A stretch of DNA of 64,000 nt from a virus, in IMG/VR virus record IMGVR_UViG_3300033149_004566, positions 48,863-112,862 of that record. One strand, 5' to 3'. The position numbers and the translations under genes were made by a program. Shown here one piece after another: positions 57,580 to 64,000 of this stretch. Numbering within the stretch: the stretch's first letter is position 1; the number at the start of each line of letters is the position of its first letter. The notes under the pieces were generated by a model. The model was not told the origin of the DNA. It did no database searches and saw nothing but the letters and a program-made list of their open reading frames with translations.

Positions 57580-58003
57580 AACAAATAGGACATAAATAAT
57601 TTCTAGACATCGTGTTGTTATCTATGTTCTCATAGATCACTATTATTTTTGCCCTCATGTTGCACGTTTTATTTTCTTGTATGTGATTACATTGACGCGA
57701 TATCATGTCTGGATCATAAAATACTGTAACTTGAACATCACTACCATATCTAAAAGAATTTATCATTTTCTTGTTAGATATAGTAAACTCTTTAAGAAAA
57801 GCTCCTGAGACGCGAATTCCCATGGTGTATATTCTTGCATAGAAACATATTTCACACATCCGTAATTCTTTTCCACTTTTGTACTTGATTTTTATTCTTG
57901 TATAATTACTGCAAAAATTACACGCTTCATGTCTTTTATCATGGCGAAGAGTGTAAAATATCCTACTTATTTCCACTCTATCGTCCTTGTACAACGTGTT
58001 CAT
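57530..58003 (-). CDS. Double zinc-finger family B protein
   Basis: ACNFC..MCEIC..TCNMRAKI..LCPIC. Confidence 0.78.
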   Translation of the reverse strand: MNTLYKDDRVEISRIFYTLRHDKRHEACNFCSNYTRIKIKYKSGKELRMCEICFYARIYTMGIRVSGAFLKEFTISNKKMINSFRYGSDVQVTVFYDPDMISRQCNHIQENKTCNMRAKIIVIYENIDNNTMSRNYLCPICYDRHFRSCIYDETEGI

Positions 58004-58412
58004 CAGTTATCTCCTCGTAATGTATCATACAGAGATATATCAACGTGAATTTTATTTCGGCATTGTGCGGCTCCACGTCTATCAGTACCACCTTTGCCTT
58101 CATGTTGCAATACATGCCATTCTCACTGGCATTACAATTATATAATTCCAAGTTTGGCATGTAGTTTGCCATATAATAACCACAAGGAGGTATTATTGGT
58201 TTGGCTTGCAATTGTTTTTTTATAAATGACAAGAGCTCGTCTTCGTCTTGATATTCCTCTATGAACGCGTCCACGCTCATCATTGACGTTTTGTCCCCCA
58301 TTTTTATATATATCACGTCAGTTGGACATTTTTTATTAAATGTTTTATATACGACGACATCATCGTCTTCGTATAGTATGTTGATCACGTTAGATCTAAT
58401 ACCACATTCCAC
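57978..58412 (-). CDS. Family B protein (first finger degenerate)
   Basis: YNCN..YCNMKAKV..LCMIH. Confidence 0.75.
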   Translation of the reverse strand: MECGIRSNVINILYEDDDVVVYKTFNKKCPTDVIYIKMGDKTSMMSVDAFIEEYQDEDELLSFIKKQLQAKPIIPPCGYYMANYMPNLELYNCNASENGMYCNMKAKVVLIDVEPHNAEIKFTLIYLCMIHYEEITDEHVVQGR

Positions 58413-58840
58413 CTCATGATTTTTTTAAAGCATTTAATGCATAAGATCTTATCAATGTAAATCGTGGTTTCATTTTTATACTTTTTGTGTCTAGTTATTT
58501 TTGCGACAAAATTACAGTTAATGTTAGAACACTTGATGGCATTCATTTTATCATGATAAAACGTCAAGATTTCGTACGTTTCTCTGTCTTCTATGGAGAT
58601 TGGATCCATATTTTTCGCGTTTATGTATTCTATTTGCTCGTAAAACCATTCGAGCATTTTTACATTTCTTGATTTGATAATAAAATCTTCCAGGCAGTCC
58701 CAACAATAACTTATGCGTTCAAGGCCGCGAAATACCGTAAAACTGGCACTGCATGTCATGCATACATTACACGTTAAATTGACACCATGTGTTTTTTTTA
58801 TGATGTTGTCTTCATCGCGATATACGACATTTAAAATCAT
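58385..58840 (-). CDS. Double zinc-finger family B protein
   Basis: TCNVC..YCWDC..NCNFVAKI..LCIKC. Confidence 0.78.
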   Translation of the reverse strand: MILNVVYRDEDNIIKKTHGVNLTCNVCMTCSASFTVFRGLERISYCWDCLEDFIIKSRNVKMLEWFYEQIEYINAKNMDPISIEDRETYEILTFYHDKMNAIKCSNINCNFVAKITRHKKYKNETTIYIDKILCIKCFKKIMRWNVVLDLT

Positions 58841-59265
58841 TTGTCCAACCTCGGTTCATATTCTCTTTTGAAATGCATTGGACATATGTAAAACATTTTC
58901 ATATATTTAACGCGTGAGTTAGTAATGCATGCCGTTATTTTCGCTTTCATGTTGCAACCCAACACGGCACACGGCTGTATCTCCATGTCATGATTGTAAA
59001 AAAATATGATATCGCCGTATCTTTCACGTATCGTGCCCAATTTTACGTGATCCAAGCTCGTTTGCTCGTGAAACCACGCGTTTATTTCCGGATAGGTTTC
59101 GTCGGTAAAGCGATCGAAGCAAAATGAACAGAGGTTAGTGGTTTTTCCATCACTATTCATGACGAATGACGCAAATCTCGAGCAAACATCACAAAAGAGG
59201 GTACTTTTATTATTAAAAGTCTTATAAATGGTAGTATCACCAGCAATATATATCGGATTTTTCAT
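58837..59265 (-). CDS. Double zinc-finger family B protein
   Basis: FCDVC..LCSFC..GCNMKAKI..ICPMH. Confidence 0.78.
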   Translation of the reverse strand: MKNPIYIAGDTTIYKTFNNKSTLFCDVCSRFASFVMNSDGKTTNLCSFCFDRFTDETYPEINAWFHEQTSLDHVKLGTIRERYGDIIFFYNHDMEIQPCAVLGCNMKAKITACITNSRVKYMKMFYICPMHFKREYEPRLDK

Positions 59266-59722
59266 CCTTGATCATCTCGTAAAGCATGTTAAAATGCATC
59301 GGACACATGAAGATTGCATCCGTTGGATCAATGCCCGTTTTTGTTCTTTCTACCGACATTATATATATACGGGCTCTCATGTTGCATCCGACAATGAAGC
59401 ACAATTTAATTGGTTCGTCCTTGCAAAGAAAGTGATAATATTTATATGATGTGGCTTTTGACCTGACAATTCCCTTGTATTCGGCGTTTTCTATTTGATT
59501 TTTTACACGCTTCCACATCCACGAACCGATCTCGGGATACAGTTCGTCCAAAAATTCCAATATACAAAGACGACAAAGCAACAACGAACAATCGCGATTT
59601 ACCATGTAATGGGCTATTTGACCGCACGAGATGCAAAAATGTGTCCGTCTTTTCGTGTGATAATAAATATAGTACAACGTAATTTCTCCTTCGTATATCA
59701 TGTTTACGACCAGATCATTCAT
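59237..59722 (-). CDS. Double zinc-finger family B protein
   Basis: FCISC..LCRLC..GCNMRARI..MCPMH. Confidence 0.78.
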   Translation of the reverse strand: MNDLVVNMIYEGEITLYYIYYHTKRRTHFCISCGQIAHYMVNRDCSLLLCRLCILEFLDELYPEIGSWMWKRVKNQIENAEYKGIVRSKATSYKYYHFLCKDEPIKLCFIVGCNMRARIYIMSVERTKTGIDPTDAIFMCPMHFNMLYEMIKDEKSDIYCW

Positions 59723-60158
59723 ACAATCTCGACCTATAAAATCTATTAAAACATTTCGGACAAATGTAGTTCACGATCAATCCATTCTTGTAACCAAACA
59801 ACGTTTTATATTCAATTATTTTGGCCCTAAAGTTGCATTTGGATTTGACCGTGCACATCTGGGACGTCAATTTCTCGTGATAATAAAACTCTATGGTGCC
59901 ACAATTGTGTAGATGAAAACCCATAAATTTTGCGCCAACTATGTCCCCGTATTGAATGTTCATCCATCTCATCGCATCATCATTACTAGCTAATTGTAGT
60001 TCCAGACAATGGCGACACAACTTTATTTTTTTTCCATCGTCGTACACGAACCTTGTCGTTTTAAAATCACATAATTCACAAAAATACGGTTTAAAACAGA
60101 ATTCATTGTAAGCGATGTAAATTTTAATGAGTTTATCGTCGTATACCAGATTGAGCAT
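59715..60158 (-). CDS. Double zinc-finger family B protein
   Basis: FCELC..LCRHC..KCNFRAKI..ICPKC. Confidence 0.78.
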   Translation of the reverse strand: MLNLVYDDKLIKIYIAYNEFCFKPYFCELCDFKTTRFVYDDGKKIKLCRHCLELQLASNDDAMRWMNIQYGDIVGAKFMGFHLHNCGTIEFYYHEKLTSQMCTVKSKCNFRAKIIEYKTLFGYKNGLIVNYICPKCFNRFYRSRLYE

Positions 60159-60217
60159 TTCATCTTCTCCATAATTTTAAATAAAAACGCGATGGATCCG
60201 TGATCCATCAGATCGCA

Positions 60218-60667
60218 TCAGTACACCACAAAATCGTCAGCCCATTCAAATTCCGGCATTCCGTTTTCTATTTTTACCAGAACCAGGCGTTTTTTGTCAT
60301 AAATGTCGTCAGTTTGGATATCGTAATGATTTATGGCCCACACGTTCCACTCCAAGATTTCCAATTCAAATAACCCGTGATCCCTGATGTCACAGTTGTA
60401 ATCGTATTCTATACTATCAAACGGTGGATCGTACAACACGTTGTACATGGCGGCCGTAAGCCTTCTTATATCCAAGTCCGGCCTCAATGCACTACCGAAT
60501 ATCATGCTGCCCACTCCCAAAGCACCCCCATTGAGCGTGCATATCACGCGTTCTATCAATGATTTTAACGATTCTTTATCGCCGCCTTGATACCACTGTT
60601 TTCGCATCATGTGTGAAAATGCCAGTCCGTCCCTGACCCTATATGCGGCCCTTTCACCCATTTTCAA
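60218..60667 (-). CDS. Hypothetical protein
   Basis: Coupled ORF. Confidence 0.65.
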   Translation of the reverse strand: MKMGERAAYRVRDGLAFSHMMRKQWYQGGDKESLKSLIERVICTLNGGALGVGSMIFGSALRPDLDIRRLTAAMYNVLYDPPFDSIEYDYNCDIRDHGLFELEILEWNVWAINHYDIQTDDIYDKKRLVLVKIENGMPEFEWADDFVVY

Positions 60668-60905
60668 TCATCCTCTTGGCTTCATCGTACAACCATTCGT
60701 GTTGTTCAAATTTCACGAGATCCCCGAAAAATTGGGTGAGAAAATAGGCCGCAAACTTTACATACGTTGATTGAGACGTTTTATTGTCTTCTCCACAGTA
60801 TTTTACCATAGCGTATGTAAAATTTGCCAGGTTATTAAAACAAGAAAACGATAGATGTTTTCCGTAATGCATGTTTGATCTGCACAACAATTCATAATCT
60901 TTCAT
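60654..60905 (-). CDS. Hypothetical protein
   Basis: Coupled ORF. Confidence 0.6.
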   Translation of the reverse strand: MKDYELLCRSNMHYGKHLSFSCFNNLANFTYAMVKYCGEDNKTSQSTYVKFAAYFLTQFFGDLVKFEQHEWLYDEAKRMIENG

Positions 60906-61392
60906 TTTTCAAACGCTCCATAATTTTTTTCACGTGATGGCTTGCAACGGATACTTTTATTTTGCATTCGTCTGCAAGCTCTCCAAGCTCTACAGAGCTC
61001 CCTTTTTTTACGAGATATTTTTTTATTTTATCGTCTATCATTTGATCTCTCGCCTTATTGCATGCTCTCAAGTCTATTTCATCGCATACCACGTCGCACC
61101 AAGCCGAAGATTCCCAACACTCGGTGTTAGACAAATTGTATATGATTTCATATAAAGAAGTCATGAAGTTGATTTTCCTTAGCTTCCTACATTTTTCGGA
61201 AGCTTTATCAAAAAATTGACGCTCTTTCTCCAACTTTTCCTCAAAATTTTCGATCTTGTCCAACTGTTCCGGCGTTAAATCTAATAACAGCGAAACTTTA
61301 ACAAAATCGGATAACTCGCTTAAATATATTTTTAATTTATCTTTCACGACATAACAATTCATTTCAACAACCATGTAAACAGCTCCGTACAC
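60892..61392 (-). CDS. Hypothetical protein with possible C-terminal winged HTH
   Basis: IKKYL..VELGELADECKIKVSVASHHVKKI; start uncertain. Confidence 0.55.
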   Translation of the reverse strand: MYGAVYMVVEMNCYVVKDKLKIYLSELSDFVKVSLLLDLTPEQLDKIENFEEKLEKERQFFDKASEKCRKLRKINFMTSLYEIIYNLSNTECWESSAWCDVVCDEIDLRACNKARDQMIDDKIKKYLVKKGSSVELGELADECKIKVSVASHHVKKIMERLKNERL

Positions 61393-61580
61393 AGCGTTAA
61401 TGCTGCTGTCATCTCTTTTCTGGACAGTCCGCTGATGATGGTTCTCATCATCTTTTCATCACTGCAGTATAAATCTATGGCGTAGTAACCGTACCTTCTG
61501 GCGACTACCACATTACATTCTGGCATGGCATCGTTAATGACGGATACCATGTAATCCACTTCTTCGTTACTGATTTTCAT
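61359..61580 (-). CDS. Hypothetical protein
   Basis: ATG at 61580 (MKISNEEV..); the track's extension to 61664 runs through hairpin/low-complexity DNA. Confidence 0.6.
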   Translation of the reverse strand: MKISNEEVDYMVSVINDAMPECNVVVARRYGYYAIDLYCSDEKMMRTIISGLSRKEMTAALTLCTELFTWLLK

Positions 61581-61726
61581 GAAAAATTCCACAAAAAAAA
61601 ATTTGAATTTTTTTGATATAACGGCGTTATGACGCATCAACGAAACGCAACCCGAAAATTGCACTAATTCGGGCCGCGTTTCAAAATAAAAAAAAATGAT
61701 TTTTTGCGGTTCAAAAAACTCACCGC

Positions 61727-61771
61727 AAAAAAAAACCTCCAGTGGACAGACTTGCGTCCATCCACTGGAGG
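61727..61771 (-). terminator. 16-bp hairpin with GNRA loop followed by U9
   Basis: Minus strand CCUCCAGUGGAUGGAC-GCAA-GUCUGUCCACUGGAGG-UUUUUUUUU. Confidence 0.75.
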
Positions 61772-61808
61772 GCGTTTGTTGTACATGTTTAAGACCAATA
61801 CTATATAC

Positions 61809-61939
61809 TTGAGGGAGAGACGCCTAAGCATCTCTATCATTACTCGTGCCGGGCCTCCTATAAGTCTTAGGCCATATAGGACGCAGATCAGGCTTGGCAG
61901 CCCCAGGTCACGGGCCATTGCCCAGCACGAAACCCTCAA
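61809..61939 (-). ncRNA. Candidate structured non-coding RNA (multi-stem junction), family unknown
   Basis: Nested stems UUGAGGG/CCCUCAA, UCGUGCUGGG/CCCGGCACGA, AGAGAUGC-UUAG-GCGUCUCU, UCCUAUA/UAUAGGA, GGCU/AGCC; mismatches become G-U pairs only on the minus strand. Confidence 0.6.
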
Positions 61940-61957
61940 TAATATGGTGTATGAACT

Positions 61958-62284
61958 TTACATCTTTTTGGACACGAGATATGATTTATTTTCCTCGTAC
62001 TTGTCGTCCGGCCTCTCAAGACCGATCCCGAAAGCGTCGAAAATCTTTTTTATCTCGGGATCGACGTCATATTCGTTGCCGGAATGATAAAAGTACATGA
62101 AAGACTCCTCAAATCCTCTCATGTCCACTATTATTTCTGCAGCCTCTTTCCACGTGTATTGCACGGCTTCGGAGCCGTACAAGAGGCGATTGCAAAGCGC
62201 ATCATATAACTTGCGCGCAAATTCGTCATCCGTTATCCTTTCACGAGCTCTTCTCAGAGCTTCGGAAATTTTTTTTTCGATCAT
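61958..62284 (-). CDS. Hypothetical virus protein
   Basis: FARKLYDALCN..TWKEAAEIIVDMRG..FYHSGNE motif of a type recalled from phage hypotheticals. Confidence 0.7.
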   Translation of the reverse strand: MIEKKISEALRRARERITDDEFARKLYDALCNRLLYGSEAVQYTWKEAAEIIVDMRGFEESFMYFYHSGNEYDVDPEIKKIFDAFGIGLERPDDKYEENKSYLVSKKM

Positions 62285-62793
62285 GAAATTTCATCTCTTT
62301 CTATTTTTATTATTTCCGAGTTCAGCTCGTGAACAAAATATTTGTCGTCATTCATTTTTAAAAAATCAAAATCTCCAGACAGTTCCCATGCCATGTCCTC
62401 ATTTTCTGCCCATATTTCTCCAATTTTCATGTATTCTTCTATGAATTTTATGAATACCTTGTATCTCCGATGGCCTACAATCTTTTTATACATTACATGA
62501 AAGAATTTTTTTAACATTGATAAAAACTCAATTTCTTTACGATGTATATCATAAAATATACATCTTGTGGTCTTTTCAAATATTTTAAAAATTTTTTCAA
62601 TAATGGATAAAATTCTATTTTGTTCTTTCCATATCGCCATGTGGCTATCGTTTATATTTAATTTGTCTAAAAGATTTACAGTATTTTCATTTAGACATTT
62701 TATGGGACATTTTCTTGTAAGGAATTTTTTACCTTCCTCTTCTCCATGGAGTTTTATAAAAAACTCCCTGTAATTAAATTTTATTTTTTTCAT
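62281..62793 (-). CDS. Hypothetical protein
   Basis: ATG at 62793 (MKKIKFNY..) overlapping the ligase stop; track start 62943 lies inside the ligase gene. Confidence 0.6.
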   Translation of the reverse strand: MKKIKFNYREFFIKLHGEEEGKKFLTRKCPIKCLNENTVNLLDKLNINDSHMAIWKEQNRILSIIEKIFKIFEKTTRCIFYDIHRKEIEFLSMLKKFFHVMYKKIVGHRRYKVFIKFIEEYMKIGEIWAENEDMAWELSGDFDFLKMNDDKYFVHELNSEIIKIERDEIS

Positions 62794-63869
62794 AATTTTC
62801 CATCCCCTATCATTTTTAGAATTTCGACAAAAAGTTTTCTTTCGTCGCACAAGTAATACAATTTGAGCAGTCTCTTGTACGTCTTGTCTATTGCAAGCGC
62901 ATCTAATCTCACGAAGTATTCCTTGCGGCTCTTCCTGTCGCAAAGATAGTCCAAGTACATTTTTTCCAATTTTCTTTCAACATTGTAGTATACCGATCTA
63001 ACATAGTCCGATATTTCATAAGCTGTCTCGTGAAAGACGTCCGGAACGCCTTTGATAATTGCGTTATCTTTTAACATGTTGTCCACGACTATTTTTTTAA
63101 GGCCGTGTTCCGTGCCGCATGACTTCTTGACCTTGAACATTTTAAAGTATTCGGGTCTCTTTACCTTCATCATATTCACACGGCCGTTAACTTTTGAATA
63201 TACGACCCATCCTTCTCGATCGCATCCAATCTCGTGCTTTTTTATGATGATATCGCTCATCGTCAAATCATCGTATATCTCACACGTTTTCAAGTCGAGA
63301 TTTTCCGCAACTTTTTTCATCTCATTCGGCATGAGAAGGCTCCAATCCTCTTTTGATCTCAGGCCAATTAATCTCAGTTCGGTTTTTTCATATTTCGTCA
63401 CTAGAAAATTGAGAAAGTCCGGCGATATGAGCTCAAACATGAACGTGTATTTTTCCGTGGGAAGATCGTCGAAGGTTGCAACTTGCTCCGCCATCTCTGT
63501 AAATCTATTGGAGAAAGATCCTCTCGTCGAAAATTTCAATTTTCCTTCGTGCTTGTATGGTATAATGAGAACTCCATCCAATTTTTCCGTGACTTGCGTG
63601 TCCTGTGTTAGAAACAATGGATCAATGCTTCTCGGCTCTTCAAAGTCATTGTAAAATTTATCAAACGGATATTCAATTATTTTTTTGTCGGAATTTCTCA
63701 AGATTATGCCCCTACACATTTTTATGTACCTATTGCTGCTCATGACGTTGCTAATCGATTTTCTACAATTTATCTTGAAAAGCGTTCTATTATAATTGAA
63801 CACGTATTTTACGACGTTGTCAAACTCAAAAACGAGATCGACAAGCCTTTTTCCGAGATCTATTACCAT
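62790..63869 (-). CDS. RNA ligase, T4 Rnl1 family
   Basis: FNY..CRGIIL..YPFDKFYN, EKLDG (motif I), STRGSF, TFMFELISP, EGWVV, KVK. Confidence 0.92.
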   Translation of the reverse strand: MVIDLGKRLVDLVFEFDNVVKYVFNYNRTLFKINCRKSISNVMSSNRYIKMCRGIILRNSDKKIIEYPFDKFYNDFEEPRSIDPLFLTQDTQVTEKLDGVLIIPYKHEGKLKFSTRGSFSNRFTEMAEQVATFDDLPTEKYTFMFELISPDFLNFLVTKYEKTELRLIGLRSKEDWSLLMPNEMKKVAENLDLKTCEIYDDLTMSDIIIKKHEIGCDREGWVVYSKVNGRVNMMKVKRPEYFKMFKVKKSCGTEHGLKKIVVDNMLKDNAIIKGVPDVFHETAYEISDYVRSVYYNVERKLEKMYLDYLCDRKSRKEYFVRLDALAIDKTYKRLLKLYYLCDERKLFVEILKMIGDGKL

Positions 63870-64000
63870 AATAATTCCGCCGCTTCCCTGTACTTGTTCA
63901 CGTCGCCGTGAACGAATTTCAGTTTAAACTTGTTTTTTTCAAGATCTTTTATGGTCTCCTTCATGTCGTCTTCTGGAGTCCAATAGCACTCGTATCCGTA
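63866..64000 (-). CDS. 3' end of a hypothetical gene truncated by the window edge
   Basis: ..YGYECYWTPEDDMKETIKDLEKNKFKLKFVHGDVNKYREAAELLW* overlapping ligase start. Confidence 0.5.

Larger units (their letters stand above)
57070..60158 (-). repeat. Tandem array of 7 paralogous double-zinc-finger genes (family B, CN[MF][RKV]A[KR] motif)
   Basis: Shared N..Y.D start, CxxC..LCxxC, C..CNMRAKI..YxCxx[CH]. Confidence 0.88.
1..64000. mobile_element. Segment of a tailed dsDNA (Caudoviricetes, contractile-tail) virus genome, probably archaeal host
   Basis: Canonical order terminase-portal-MuF-protease-capsid-neck-sheath-tube-TMP-baseplate-fibre on +; dense small overlapping ORFs on -; no cellular housekeeping genes; TFB/TFS-like domains. 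Confidence 0.95.

Noticed and set aside
61809-61939. Hammerhead ribozyme or tRNA
   Set aside because: CGAAAC is present on + but there is no CUGANGA core or NUH site; no T-loop or cloverleaf on either strand
61664-62100. Track ORFs 61664-61939 (-), 61704-62087 (+) and 61894-62100 (+) as proteins
   Set aside because: Atypical composition, non-ATG or poorly supported starts, and they coincide with strong RNA-like structure or lie antisense to a real gene
1-64000. CRISPR array, tRNA genes, integrase/att sites or stop-codon reassignment
   Set aside because: No regularly spaced direct repeats, tRNA motifs or recombinase seen by eye; standard-code ORFs already tile both arms densely
1-64000. Apparent abundance of ACGT/CACGTG words
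   Set aside because: Impression only; needs a Markov-model k-mer count, which could not be run

Overview
This window is a gene-dense segment of a tailed dsDNA virus (HK97-fold capsid, contractile tail). The host is probably an archaeon: the virus encodes TFB- and TFS-like domains, uses GGTGA/GAGGTG-type ribosome-binding sites, and carries a UFM1/UFC1-like Ubl/E2 pair, which tentatively points to an Asgard host. The + arm (1-36880) is the morphogenesis operon: terminase, portal, MuF, protease/scaffold, cement protein, major capsid protein, three GT4 glycosyltransferases, neck, sheath, tube, frameshifted chaperone, short tape measure, baseplate, fibres, membrane proteins and a ParA-like ATPase. 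The - arm (37048-64000) is accessory/early and converges on a terminator at about 37023-37045. Main highlights: (1) Two separate ubiquitin-like conjugation cascades, one prokaryotic E1-JAB-E2-Ubl type and one UFM1/UFC1-like with two tandem-domain E1s. They flank a MoxR AAA+/vWA pair and are bordered by two tandem arrays of Cys-rich paralogues (about 15 and 7 genes). (2) LigD NHEJ domains inside the head module, each fused to an archaeal basal transcription factor domain (phosphoesterase-TFS; MuF-PolDom-TFB). (3) A structured minus-strand ncRNA candidate at about 61727-61939. All family assignments come from motif recognition by eye; no database searches were run. No CRISPR array, tRNA, rRNA, integrase or DNA polymerase was seen.
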